A stretch of 64,000 nt of DNA from Cyanobacteriota bacterium (GTDB lineage Bacteria; Cyanobacteriota; Cyanobacteriia; PCC-6307; Cyanobiaceae): the NCBI GenBank assembly GCA_046052125.1, contig JBJOMY010000001.1, positions 352,001-416,000 on the forward strand, given 5' to 3'. The notes under the pieces are model-generated. The model made no database searches and was not told the origin of the DNA. It worked only from the letters and a program-made list of their open reading frames with translations. Within the stretch, counting starts at the first letter, position 1, and every line of letters begins with the position of its first letter. Shown one piece after another: positions 39,257 to 49,282 of this stretch. A program made the position numbers and the translations under genes.

Positions 39257-40342
39257 ATGACCTCCAGCTACCGGATCACCCTGCTCCCCGGCGACGGCAT
39301 CGGCCCGGAGATCACAGCGGTGGCCCGCCAGCTGCTGGATGCCGTGAGCCGCAAGAACGACTTTGAGCTGATCTACAACGAGCAGCCGATGGGTGGTGCC
39401 GCCATCGATGCCACCGGCGAGCCCCTGCCCGCCAGCACCCTGGAGGCCTGCAAGGCCGCCGATGCGGTGCTGCTCGCAGCGATCGGCTCGCCGCAATACG
39501 ACACCCTTCCCCGCGAGAAACGACCGGAAACCGGCCTGCTGGGACTGCGCGCGGGCATGGGCCTGTTCGCCAACCTGCGGCCGGTGAAAATCATTCCCGC
39601 CCTGATCGATGCCTCCACCCTCAAGCGCGAAGTGATCGAGGGGGTCGATCTCATGGTGGTGCGCGAGCTCACCGGCGGGGTGTACTTCGGTACCCCCAAG
39701 GGCCGCGTGGAGAGCGAGGGCCGGGTGCGCGGCTTCAACACCATGGCTTACTTCGACGATGAGATCGATCGCATCGCCAAGGTGGGCTTCGATCTGGCTG
39801 TGCAGCGCAGCGGCCGCCTCTGCAGCGTGGATAAAGCCAACGTGCTCGATGTGAGCCAGCTGTGGCGCGATCAAGTGGAGGCCATGCACGCCGCCAGCTA
39901 CCCCGGTGTGGAGCTCAGCCACATGTATGTGGACAACGCCGCTATGCAGCTGGTGCGCAACCCCCGCCAGTTCGACGTGCTGCTCACCAGCAACCTGTTC
40001 GGCGACATCCTCAGCGATGAAGCCGCCATGCTCAGCGGCTCAATCGGGATGCTGCCCTCGGCATCGCTGGGCGATGGTGGTCCGGGCCTGTTTGAGCCGA
40101 TCCACGGCTCCGCCCCGGACATCGCCCGCCAGGACAAGGCCAACCCGATGGCGATGGTGCTCAGCGCCGCCATGATGCTGCGGGTGGGTCTTGGCGAAGA
40201 CGCCGCCGCATCCGATCTGGAACGCTGCGTGGATCAGGTGCTGGCCGGCGGCTACCGCACCGGCGATCTGATGTCGGAAGGCTGCACCCAGCTGGGCTGC
40301 AATGCGATGGGCGATCAACTGCTGGCGGCCCTCCCCGGCTGA
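39257..40342 (+). CDS. leuB: 3-isopropylmalate dehydrogenase
   Basis: LPGDGIGPE, VRELTGG.YFG, NLFGDILSDEA, EPIHGSAPDIA. Confidence 0.98.
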   Translation: MTSSYRITLLPGDGIGPEITAVARQLLDAVSRKNDFELIYNEQPMGGAAIDATGEPLPASTLEACKAADAVLLAAIGSPQYDTLPREKRPETGLLGLRAGMGLFANLRPVKIIPALIDASTLKREVIEGVDLMVVRELTGGVYFGTPKGRVESEGRVRGFNTMAYFDDEIDRIAKVGFDLAVQRSGRLCSVDKANVLDVSQLWRDQVEAMHAASYPGVELSHMYVDNAAMQLVRNPRQFDVLLTSNLFGDILSDEAAMLSGSIGMLPSASLGDGGPGLFEPIHGSAPDIARQDKANPMAMVLSAAMMLRVGLGEDAAASDLERCVDQVLAGGYRTGDLMSEGCTQLGCNAMGDQLLAALPG

Positions 40343-40422
40343 TCCCACGACAAGGCTTTGACGAATCGCAGGAGCGGGCGCCACGACCTGCCAAACTCGC
40401 CGCAGTTCTGCTGATCCTGCGC

Positions 40423-41325
40423 ATGTCGAAGCGTCACCCGGTCGTATCCGTTACCGGTTCCTCCGGCGCGGGGACCAGCACCGTGAAGCGCGCCTTCGAG
40501 CACATCTTCAAGCGCGAAGGCATCACACCGGCCGTGGTGGAAGGCGACAGCTACCACCGCTACGAGCGCGGCCCCATGAAGGAGGCCATGGCCTCCGCTC
40601 TGGCCAAGGGCGAGAACTTCAGCCACTTCGGCCCTGAAGCCAACCTGTTCGACAAGCTCGAGGAGCTGTTCAAGGCCTACGGCGAAACCGGTAGCGGTCA
40701 GAAGCGCTACTACCTGCACTCGGTGGAAGAGGCTGCCGAGCACAACGCTCGCCTGGGCACCAACCTCGAACCCGGCCAGTTCACCCCCTGGGAACCGATT
40801 CCTTCTGGCACCGACCTGCTCTTCTACGAAGGTCTGCACGGTGGAGTGAAGGGTGACGGCTACGACGTGGCCGGCCTGGCCGATCTGCTGGTGGGCGTGG
40901 TGCCGATCGTGAACCTGGAGTGGATCCAGAAGATCGCCCGCGACAACAAGGAGCGCGGCTACTCGGCTGAGGCCACCGTGGACACGATCCTGCGCCGCAT
41001 GCCGGATTACATCAACCACATCTGCCCGCAGTTCAGCCAGACCGACATCAACTTCCAGCGTGTCCCCACCGTGGACACCTCGAACCCGTTCATGATCCGC
41101 GACATCCCGACCCCGGATGAATCGTTCGTGATCATTCACTTCCGCAAGGGCGCTCGCGAGAAGTGGGGGATCGACTTCACCTACCTGCTCGACATGATCC
41201 ACGATTCGTTCATGTCCAGCCCCACCTCGATCGTTGTGAACGGCGGCAAGATGGGCTTCGCCATGGAACTGATCCTCACGCCGATCATCCACCGCATGAT
41301 CGAAGAGAAGAAGAGACTGGCTTGA
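40423..41325 (+). CDS. prk: Phosphoribulokinase (proteobacterial/alpha-cyanobacterial type)
   Basis: VTGSSGAGTS, EGDSYHRY, LLFYEGLHG, NLEWIQKI.RD. Confidence 0.97.
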   Translation: MSKRHPVVSVTGSSGAGTSTVKRAFEHIFKREGITPAVVEGDSYHRYERGPMKEAMASALAKGENFSHFGPEANLFDKLEELFKAYGETGSGQKRYYLHSVEEAAEHNARLGTNLEPGQFTPWEPIPSGTDLLFYEGLHGGVKGDGYDVAGLADLLVGVVPIVNLEWIQKIARDNKERGYSAEATVDTILRRMPDYINHICPQFSQTDINFQRVPTVDTSNPFMIRDIPTPDESFVIIHFRKGAREKWGIDFTYLLDMIHDSFMSSPTSIVVNGGKMGFAMELILTPIIHRMIEEKKRLA

Positions 41326-41398
41326 GCTTTCACGCCAACTAGGCTGAGGCGCAACTGGCGGACATGGTCCACTCCTGACGGTTGCTCCTCAGCCTCGT

Positions 41399-41722
41399 GT
41401 GAACCCACCGGCCTCCCCATCCTTTGTGATTCGGGGGGCGGTGGGTTCTTCTGTGCAGCCAGCTGCAGGCCAACCCCGTTGGGATCGGATCAACAGTGCC
41501 GTGGTGATCGCCCAGGCCAGGCGCATCTATTTCCACTTTTTGGAATGCTCGCCGAGCCATCACGATCCCCTAGGCGTGGTGATCACCCAACCGCACTCAG
41601 GCCAGGGCCGGGTGGTGTTCGAGCTCCCGGTGCTGCTGCCTGAGGAACAATTCATTCCGCTGGAGCTGGTGCGTGGCCGTGCCGGTCGCAGCCGCTCCAC
41701 TCGATCGCCTCTTCGCGGCTGA
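41399..41722 (+). CDS. Hypothetical protein
   Basis: [31 protein letters not shown]; stop overlaps the pilD start. Confidence 0.75.
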   Translation: MNPPASPSFVIRGAVGSSVQPAAGQPRWDRINSAVVIAQARRIYFHFLECSPSHHDPLGVVITQPHSGQGRVVFELPVLLPEEQFIPLELVRGRAGRSRSTRSPLRG

Positions 41723-42582
41723 TGCTGGCTCCCCTCACCCCCGAAATCGCTGTAGTTGCGTCCGTTTTGGGGGCCTGCATCGGCAGCTTTCTCAACGTGG
41801 TGGCTTGGCGGCTGCCCCGTCAGGAATCGGTGGTTCGGCCCCGCAGCCATTGCCCCCGCTGCGGCACCACCCTCAGCTGGCACGACAACATCCCGGTGAT
41901 CAGCTGGCTGCTGCTGCGCGGGCGCTGCAGGCATTGCGGCAGCGGCATCAGTGCCCGCTATCCCGCGGTGGAGCTGCTCTGCTCCGGACTATTTGTTGCC
42001 GCTGCCGCCGCGGCATCCACCGTGGCCGCGCCGGCCTCCAACCTGCCGGGTGCACCGGCCCTGCTGGCGGTGCTCGGCGGCTGGCTGCTGATCACCCTGT
42101 TGCTGCCGATGGTGCTGATCGACCTTGATCAGCTGTGGCTGCCAGAACCGCTATGCCGATGGGGTGTGGTGTTGGGCCTGGTGGTGAGCGCCATCGCGGG
42201 CTTCAGCCAAGCCGATGCGATCGGACGCAGCCTGCTGCTGTGGCATTTGCTGGCGGCGAGCGCCGGCTTGCTGGGGTTTGAAGCCACCAGTGCCGTGGCT
42301 CAGAAACTGCTGGGCAAACCAGCCCTTGGACTCGGGGACGCCAAGCTGGCCGCCCTGCTGGGGGCTTGGCTGGGCCTCACCGGCCTGGGCCTGAGCGTGC
42401 TGCTCTCGGTGTTCGCTGGCGCCCTGTTCGGCCTGATCGGCCTGCTCAGTGGCCGCCTCAAGCGCGGCCAACCCTTCCCCTTCGGACCGTTTCTGGCCGC
42501 GGGGGGCTTGGCGGTGTGGTGCCTCGGCAATGGCTTCTGGCTGCAACGCTTCAGCCAGTGGCTGGGCTGGAGCGCCCTTTAA
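41722..42582 (+). CDS. pilD: Prepilin peptidase/N-methyltransferase
   Basis: GSFLNVV..RLP, two Cxx[18 protein letters not shown]. Confidence 0.95.
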   Translation: MLAPLTPEIAVVASVLGACIGSFLNVVAWRLPRQESVVRPRSHCPRCGTTLSWHDNIPVISWLLLRGRCRHCGSGISARYPAVELLCSGLFVAAAAAASTVAAPASNLPGAPALLAVLGGWLLITLLLPMVLIDLDQLWLPEPLCRWGVVLGLVVSAIAGFSQADAIGRSLLLWHLLAASAGLLGFEATSAVAQKLLGKPALGLGDAKLAALLGAWLGLTGLGLSVLLSVFAGALFGLIGLLSGRLKRGQPFPFGPFLAAGGLAVWCLGNGFWLQRFSQWLGWSAL

Positions 42583-42617
42583 TGGATTGATCTGTAGTTG
42601 CGGACACCGCTGGCTCG

Positions 42618-43493
42618 ATGTCGCTGTTCGACTGGTTCGCCGATCGCCGCAAAACCGCACCCGCGGTGCGCGTGGCCCAGGAGGTCAACGAAGACGACGG
42701 CCTCTGGAGCAAGTGCCCTGAGTGCGGCCTGGTGGTCTACCGCAAAGATCTAGCCGCCAATGCCAGTGTTTGCGGCGGCTGCGGCTACCACCACCGCATC
42801 TTCAGCGATGAGCGGATCCGCCTGATCGCCGACGAGGGCAGCTTCGAAGCGCTCGACGGTGACCTCAGTCCCACCGATCCGCTGGCCTTCAAAGATCGGC
42901 GTAGCTATGCCGATCGCATCCGCGACACCCAGCGCTCCACCGGCCTCAAGGATGGGGTGATCACAGGGCTGTGTCGGGTTGAAGGACTCCCGCTGGCCCT
43001 GGGGGTGATGGACTTCCGCTTCATGGGCGGCTCGATGGGATCGGTGGTGGGCGAAAAGCTGGCCCGCCTAATCGAGGAAGCCACCGCCCGCCGCTACCCC
43101 GTGCTGATCGTGTGCGCCTCCGGCGGGGCGCGCATGCAGGAGGGCATGCTCTCTCTGATGCAGATGGCGAAGATCTCGGGTGCGCTGGAGCGGCACCGTC
43201 AGGCCGAGCTGCTCTACATGCCGCTGCTCACCCACCCCACCACTGGCGGTGTGACCGCCAGCTTCGCCATGCTGGGCGACCTGATCCTGGCGGAGCCCAA
43301 GGCGCTGATCGGCTTCGCCGGCCGCCGCGTGATCGAGCAGACCCTGCGCGAGAAGCTGCCCGACGATTTCCAGACTGCGGAATACCTGCGCGACCACGGC
43401 TTCGTGGACCACATCGTGCCCCGCACCAAGCTGCGCAGCACCCTGGTGAGCCTGCTGAAGATGCACGGCTGCAATACAGCGGTTTCAGCGTGA
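42618..43493 (+). CDS. accD: Acetyl-CoA carboxylase carboxyltransferase beta subunit
   Basis: Zn finger, [33 protein letters not shown]. Confidence 0.98.
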   Translation: MSLFDWFADRRKTAPAVRVAQEVNEDDGLWSKCPECGLVVYRKDLAANASVCGGCGYHHRIFSDERIRLIADEGSFEALDGDLSPTDPLAFKDRRSYADRIRDTQRSTGLKDGVITGLCRVEGLPLALGVMDFRFMGGSMGSVVGEKLARLIEEATARRYPVLIVCASGGARMQEGMLSLMQMAKISGALERHRQAELLYMPLLTHPTTGGVTASFAMLGDLILAEPKALIGFAGRRVIEQTLREKLPDDFQTAEYLRDHGFVDHIVPRTKLRSTLVSLLKMHGCNTAVSA

Positions 43494-43927
43494 AAAGGCT
43501 GACCGCCGTGGTGAGCGGATCGCTGGCTGCCCTACTGGGCCTGCTGCTCGCTCTGATGCCGCTCGCTCCAGCCTGGGCAGGACCGGTGGACTGGCATGAG
43601 GTGCCCGCCACCGAGGACGGCCGCCAGTGGTGGGATGCCGGCAGCCTGCGGGTTAACCGCGACGGCAACCTCACGGTGTTGAGCCGTTTCCAGCCCGCCC
43701 CGCCCAGCGATCAACCTCTCAACCCCGACGGCAGTGAACGCCGCCCTCCAGCCAGCGATCTCTACGTGATGGAGATCGACTGCGGGCAGCAGCTCTTCCG
43801 CGACACCTCGATCAACGGGATTCCGCAGTGGGGCAGCAGCTGGCAGGCCGCCGGCAGTGACGGACTGATCGCCACCACCCTTGAGGCGGCCTGTGAAGCC
43901 GGAGCCCCCCTACTGGCAGGCTTCTGA
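43490..43927 (+). CDS. Secreted hypothetical protein
   Basis: Signal peptide ending AWA; W.EV..T..GRQWWD.GS..YVMEIDC. Confidence 0.8.
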   Translation: MKRLTAVVSGSLAALLGLLLALMPLAPAWAGPVDWHEVPATEDGRQWWDAGSLRVNRDGNLTVLSRFQPAPPSDQPLNPDGSERRPPASDLYVMEIDCGQQLFRDTSINGIPQWGSSWQAAGSDGLIATTLEAACEAGAPLLAGF

Positions 43928-43944
43928 GGCTTGATCCGGCGCCA

Positions 43945-45054
43945 GTGACCGCTCCTTCCTCATCGCAGCGTCCCCTCGGGGTGGCCCTTGTGGGTCTCGG
44001 TTTCGGCGAGAAGGTGCACCTGCCGGCTCTCCGCGACTGCCAGCTCACCGAACCGGTTGCCCTCTGGCATCACCGCCCTGAGCGACTCGAGCAGGCCTGC
44101 GCCAGCAGTGGACTACCGGGCTTCTCCAGTTACGAAGCGCTGCTGGCCGATCCACGCGTGGATGCCCTGGTGATCGCCACGCCGCCGGAGCCGCGTTTTG
44201 CCCTGGCCCAGGCCGCCATTGCCGCCGGCAAGCACTTGCTGCTGGAGAAACCCGTTGCGCTGGAGGCCCCCCAGATCGAGGAGCTGCAGCGTCAGGCCCT
44301 GAGCGCCGGCGTCAGCGTGGCGGTGGACTTTGAATATCGGGCTGTGCCGGCGTTTATGCAACTGGCGGCGCTGCTGGAGCAGAACGCCATCGGCACCCCA
44401 TGGCTGGTGAAGCTCGACTGGCTGATGGGCAGCCGCGCTGATGCCAGCCGCCCCTGGAATTGGTATTCCCAGAGGGCAGCGGGTGGAGGCGTGCTGGGCT
44501 CGCTCGGCACCCATGCCTTCGACACGCTGCATTGGCTGCTGGGGCCGGCGCGCCAAGTGAGCTGCTCGCGCAGCATGGCCATCCCCCATCGCCCCCTGGC
44601 CGATGGCAGCGGCCGGCTGGCGGCGGTGGATGCCGAAGACATTGCCCTGCTGCACCTGGAGCTGGAAACGGCTCAGGGCCTGCCGCTACCAGCCCAGGTG
44701 AGTCTGGCCTCCGTGACCCGGCCGGGCCGGGGCTACTGGATCGAGGTGTACGGCAGTGAGGGCACATTGGTGCTGGGATCCAGCAACCAGAGCGATTACG
44801 TGCATGGCTTCCAGCTGTGGCACTCCCAGCAGGGTGGGCCTCTGGAGGAGCTGGCTCCGGATGCCGACCTGGCCTTCGCGCATACCTGGCCCGACGGCCG
44901 TGTGGCTCCGGTGCGGCGGCTGATCGAGTGGTGGGCCCAGGCTTCGCTGGAGGGCCGGCCGATGCGCCCCGGACTGTCGGAAGCTGTGCACAGCCAGTTG
45001 ATCTGCGATCGGGCTCTGCAGGCGGCCGACAGCGGAGTGCGCCAGCCGATTTAG
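43945..45054 (+). CDS. Gfo/Idh/MocA family oxidoreductase
   Basis: GLGFG, IATPP, HLLLEKP, GGGVLG.LGTH.FD. Confidence 0.93.
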   Translation: MTAPSSSQRPLGVALVGLGFGEKVHLPALRDCQLTEPVALWHHRPERLEQACASSGLPGFSSYEALLADPRVDALVIATPPEPRFALAQAAIAAGKHLLLEKPVALEAPQIEELQRQALSAGVSVAVDFEYRAVPAFMQLAALLEQNAIGTPWLVKLDWLMGSRADASRPWNWYSQRAAGGGVLGSLGTHAFDTLHWLLGPARQVSCSRSMAIPHRPLADGSGRLAAVDAEDIALLHLELETAQGLPLPAQVSLASVTRPGRGYWIEVYGSEGTLVLGSSNQSDYVHGFQLWHSQQGGPLEELAPDADLAFAHTWPDGRVAPVRRLIEWWAQASLEGRPMRPGLSEAVHSQLICDRALQAADSGVRQPI

Positions 45055-45105
45055 GCGAAAAAGGGGCCAGTTAGGATCGCCGGCATTCACACTCCCGGTG
45101 TTCTC

Positions 45106-46179
45106 ATGGCGCTCGTCCCGCTTCGGTTGCTGCTCGACCATGCCGCTGAAAACGGCTATGGCATCCCTGCCTTCAACGTGAACAACCTGGAGCAGGTGCA
45201 GTCGATCATGGAGGCGGCCTATGAGACCGACTCTCCGGTGATCCTGCAGGCCTCCCGCGGTGCCCGTCAGTACGCCGGTGAGAACTTCCTCCGCCACCTG
45301 ATCCTGGCCGCCGTTGAGACCTATCCGGACATCCCGGTGGTGATGCACCAGGACCACGGCAACAGCCCCGCCACCTGCTTCGGTGCCGCCGCCAACGGCT
45401 TCACCTCGGTGATGATGGACGGCTCCCTGATGGCCGACGCCAAGACCCCCGCCAGCTACGAGTACAACGTGGCTGTCACCAAGGAAGTGGTTGACGTGGC
45501 CCACGCCATCGGCGTGAGCGTGGAAGGTGAGCTGGGCTGCCTGGGCTCCTTGGAGACCGGCATGGGCGAGGCCGAGGACGGCCACGGTTTCGAGGGCAAG
45601 CTCGACCACAGCCAGCTGCTGACCGACCCCGCCGAGGCCGCTGACTTCGTGGCCAAGACCAAGGTGGATGCCCTGGCGATCGCCATCGGCACCAGCCACG
45701 GCGCCTACAAGTTCACCCGCAAGCCCACCGGTGAAGTGTTGGCCATCAGCCGCATCGCCGAGATCCACAAGGCCATCCCCAACACCCACCTGGTGATGCA
45801 CGGCTCCTCCTCCGTGCCCCAGGAGTGGCTGGACATGATCAACAAGTACGGCGGTGCCATCCCCGAGACCTACGGCGTGCCCGTGGAAGAAATCCAGGAA
45901 GGCATCCGCAACGGCGTGCGCAAGGTGAACATCGACACCGATAACCGCCTCGCCTTCACCGCCGCTGTGCGTGAAGCCGCCGCCAAGGATCCCGCCAACT
46001 TCGATCCCCGCCACTTCAACAAGCCTGCCCGGGCTTACATGAAGCAGGTGTGCCTGGATCGTTACCAGCAGTTCTGGTGCGCCGGCAACGCCAGCAAGAT
46101 CAAGCAGCGCGACATCAACTACTACGCCGGTCTGTACGCCAAGGGCGAACTCGACCCCAAGACCGCCGTTGCCGCCTGA
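45106..46179 (+). CDS. fba: Class II fructose-bisphosphate aldolase
   Basis: [29 protein letters not shown]; strong codon bias. Confidence 0.98.
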   Translation: MALVPLRLLLDHAAENGYGIPAFNVNNLEQVQSIMEAAYETDSPVILQASRGARQYAGENFLRHLILAAVETYPDIPVVMHQDHGNSPATCFGAAANGFTSVMMDGSLMADAKTPASYEYNVAVTKEVVDVAHAIGVSVEGELGCLGSLETGMGEAEDGHGFEGKLDHSQLLTDPAEAADFVAKTKVDALAIAIGTSHGAYKFTRKPTGEVLAISRIAEIHKAIPNTHLVMHGSSSVPQEWLDMINKYGGAIPETYGVPVEEIQEGIRNGVRKVNIDTDNRLAFTAAVREAAAKDPANFDPRHFNKPARAYMKQVCLDRYQQFWCAGNASKIKQRDINYYAGLYAKGELDPKTAVAA

Positions 46180-46225
46180 TCAACGCGATCCCTGATCGGA
46201 GCGTCCCGATCTGATCCACATTCAT

Positions 46226-46251
46226 ACGGGGGCTTAAGCCCCCGTTTTTTT
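46226..46251 (+). terminator. Rho-independent terminator after fba
   Basis: ACGGGGGCT-TA-AGCCCCCGT followed by a T-run. Confidence 0.88.
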
Positions 46252-46277
46252 ATGGAACCTCTTGCTACGGCCCCCGC

Positions 46278-49121
46278 TCAGGGAGCAGGCGCTGTCGGGT
46301 CTGGCACGGTGAGGGCCTTAACCGGCTGAACGCTGGTGAGCCGAGCCAGTGCATCCTGCAGGTTGCGCTCCATCACGAAGCGGGTGCCGTCGGTGACCAC
46401 CACGCGCACCAGGGTGGGCAGATCGGTGTTCTTGCTCTGCAGATAGATCGGCTCCACATAGAGCAGACCCTTGCCCACCGGCAGCACCAGCAGGTTGCCG
46501 TGGATCAACCTCGAGCCCTCGCGGTTCCACAGGCCGAACTGATAGCTGATGGCCGGGTCCTGCTCGATCAGGGCCGACACCTGTTGGGGGCCCAGCAGCA
46601 AGCGCTGCTGGGGGAAGCGCACCAAGCGCAGCTCGCCGTAGTGGGGAGGGTCGTTGCGCGCCGCCAGCCAACCCACCATGTTGGGCCGCTTCAGAGGCGA
46701 GAACGGCAGCAGCAGCACAAACTCGGGCTTTGTTTCTCCAGGCAGCTGAACCGTCACGTGATACGGCCGAACAGGGGTGTTGGCGCTGCCATAGATCTCT
46801 AGCGGCACCGACCACACGTCATCACCGTTGTAGAAGGTGCGCACGTCGGTGACGTGGTAGCGAAGCAGCCGCTCCGCCTGGATCTGGAACTGGCTCTTGG
46901 GCACCTGAATGTGCGCCAGCAGCGGTTTGGGCATATCCGACAGCGGGCGGAACAGCTCAGGGAAGGCGCGTTTCCAGGTGCGCAGCACTGGATCGCTCGG
47001 GTCGCTCACGTAGAACCACACCCGCCCGTGATAGGCGTCCACCACCGCCTTCACCGGGTTGCGGAAGTAGCGCAAGCCCGCAGGATTGGCGTCGGAATAG
47101 GGGTAGCTGCGGCTCTCGGTGAAGCCATCGAGCATCCAGTACTGATGCTGATTGGGGTCATAGCCCTTGCCGCCGCTCACCTGAGCGGTGACCAGATAAG
47201 GCTGACTTTCAAAGCGCAGGAAGGGGGTCAAGGCGGCAAGACGCTGTTGCACCTGCCTGCGCAGCAGGAGGCGTGAGTCCGGGGTCAACGAACCGGTGAA
47301 CAGCAATCGTGGCTCCGGCAGATAGAGCGCTGCCATCAGGCGGTCAAACGCCCCATGGATGGGCACACCACCAGCGCCGTCGTAGTGGGAATAAACGTTG
47401 AGATCGCCCTCGGGAAAATCGAACTCGCGCACCTGAGAGGGCGCGATCACGTAATGGGATGGGGCGGAGGCGAAATACAGGCGTGGCCGACCCACTGGCA
47501 GGGCCCGCTGCACGTCTTCAGCGTTCAGGCCCAGCTGTTCGATGCCCTGCACCTTGCCGCTGCGGCCCAGGTCCTTCACGAAATACAGGGGTAGACCATC
47601 GGGTCCGAAGGCGTTCACCGTGGAAACGGTGAAGCCGTAGCCGTGGGTGAACACGAGGTGGCGGTTCAGCCAGGTGCGTGAATCACTGGGAAGTGCAGCG
47701 GTATCAAGCTCACGGGCTGCGATCAGCACCTGCTGGGAACCCTGCCGGGCTGAATGACCACTCAGGGGATAACGATCCACCGCCGCTGAGGGGAAGCGGT
47801 AGTAGAGCCGCAGCTGCTGCAGCTGACGGTTGGCTTCCAGCAGCGGCTTGCTGTCCCAGAGGCGGATATTGGCCAAGGTGCCAGGCGCTGCGGCGAGATC
47901 AGCGGCCGTGAGTCGTTGGCGGGGCTCCAGGGCCGTTTGTTTCACCGCCTCCAGGCCAAAGGCCCGGCGGGTGGCATCAATCGAGCGGCGCAGATAGGGC
48001 GTTTCCAGCGCCAGCTCCCGCGGCTGCACCCAGATGCGCTGCACCAGCGGCGCCACAATCCACTCCACAAGCGGCAGCGCAAGCGCCGTCACCGCCAAGG
48101 GGATGAGCGCGCCGCGGCGCAGCCAGTTGCGCGGCAGGGGCACAAGCAAGCCAAGGCCGGCGAGCAACAGCAGCACAGCCAGCAACAAGCGCAGCGGCAG
48201 CCGCACGTGCAGATCCACAAAACCCGCGCCAGCAGCCACGCCGCTACCGCTCACCATCAGATCGAAGGGAGCCAGGGCATTGCTGAGGGAGGCCATCAGC
48301 GCCAGCACCGCCACCTGCGGCTGAAGCACCCGCTGCTGCTCGCGGCTAAGCCCGGGAAAACGGAGATCGCTGAGGCTGCTGCCCTCGCTAAAGGTGAGCC
48401 AAAGACACCCCGCCAACCCCACGATCGCCTGAGCGAGCACAACGCTCACCAGTAGATGAAGCGCTGGCAACCGCAACACCGTGAAGCTGAGATCGAAACC
48501 CGTCAGCGGATCAGCCTCGTTGAAGGGCACCGCCAGCAAGGCCGGCAACCAGAGGCTCCAGCCGCGGGCCACCGCCGTGGCCGAGCCCGCCAGGGCGGCG
48601 GCCAGGGTGATGCGCAGAGTGGTGAAGGGCCAGAGCAGCAGCAGAGGAAGCAGTGCGGCCGCCAGACCGATAAACACAAAGGGCGGCAGGTCCGCCAGCA
48701 CAGGAATACCCGTAATCACCTTGCCGCTGAACGGTGCGGCGATCAGGTCACGGGCCTGCACCATCAGATAGGTGAAGCCACCGGCGAGCAGCAGCAGCAG
48801 CGCCCCGAGCACCACCACTAACCAGCGCGAGCCGAGAGCAATCAGCGGGGCAGCGGGAAGGATTTTCCGAGCAGCCTCCTGGCGCAGGCGCCAGCAACGC
48901 TTGAGCTGCTGAAGCTGCAGGGGGACCCCCAGGCCCAGCACCACCCCAAAACCAAGCAACTGCAGCAACCAGCGCCGCAGGATCACAGGGGCGCTAGCAA
49001 ATTCCGCAAACCACTGCCCCTCCACCAGCAAGCGGGGCAATAGCACCAGGGCCCCCAGGCCAAGAGCCGTGAGCCCCAGCCAGCGCAGGGGCCGGGTGAG
49101 GCGATCAGCGGGTGCCTGCAA
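46278..49121 (-). CDS. UPF0182 family membrane protein
   Basis: Multi-TM N-terminus; NIRLWD, VDRY, HLVFTHGYG, YHVTD..FY. Confidence 0.93.
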   Translation of the reverse strand: MQAPADRLTRPLRWLGLTALGLGALVLLPRLLVEGQWFAEFASAPVILRRWLLQLLGFGVVLGLGVPLQLQQLKRCWRLRQEAARKILPAAPLIALGSRWLVVVLGALLLLLAGGFTYLMVQARDLIAAPFSGKVITGIPVLADLPPFVFIGLAAALLPLLLLWPFTTLRITLAAALAGSATAVARGWSLWLPALLAVPFNEADPLTGFDLSFTVLRLPALHLLVSVVLAQAIVGLAGCLWLTFSEGSSLSDLRFPGLSREQQRVLQPQVAVLALMASLSNALAPFDLMVSGSGVAAGAGFVDLHVRLPLRLLLAVLLLLAGLGLLVPLPRNWLRRGALIPLAVTALALPLVEWIVAPLVQRIWVQPRELALETPYLRRSIDATRRAFGLEAVKQTALEPRQRLTAADLAAAPGTLANIRLWDSKPLLEANRQLQQLRLYYRFPSAAVDRYPLSGHSARQGSQQVLIAARELDTAALPSDSRTWLNRHLVFTHGYGFTVSTVNAFGPDGLPLYFVKDLGRSGKVQGIEQLGLNAEDVQRALPVGRPRLYFASAPSHYVIAPSQVREFDFPEGDLNVYSHYDGAGGVPIHGAFDRLMAALYLPEPRLLFTGSLTPDSRLLLRRQVQQRLAALTPFLRFESQPYLVTAQVSGGKGYDPNQHQYWMLDGFTESRSYPYSDANPAGLRYFRNPVKAVVDAYHGRVWFYVSDPSDPVLRTWKRAFPELFRPLSDMPKPLLAHIQVPKSQFQIQAERLLRYHVTDVRTFYNGDDVWSVPLEIYGSANTPVRPYHVTVQLPGETKPEFVLLLPFSPLKRPNMVGWLAARNDPPHYGELRLVRFPQQRLLLGPQQVSALIEQDPAISYQFGLWNREGSRLIHGNLLVLPVGKGLLYVEPIYLQSKNTDLPTLVRVVVTDGTRFVMERNLQDALARLTSVQPVKALTVPDPTAPAP

Positions 49122-49200
49122 GGGATGTCCGACGATGTCAGGAGGCTAGACAGCAGGGGAGGTAGGTCAAGCCCCAACAGGGCTACCGCAACAGCCTCTG

Positions 49201-49227
49201 AATACCCGACCTCTTGGATCGGGTATT
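49201..49227. promoter_or_regulatory. Palindromic operator, Rrf2/IscR type-1-like
   Basis: AATACCCGA-N9-TCGGGTATT, a perfect 9-bp inverted repeat in an AT-richer divergent intergenic region. Confidence 0.6.
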
Positions 49228-49282
49228 AATTGGAAGTCAGTGCGGCGTTGCTAAGTTCCACACACCTGATCCAGGTGTGATC

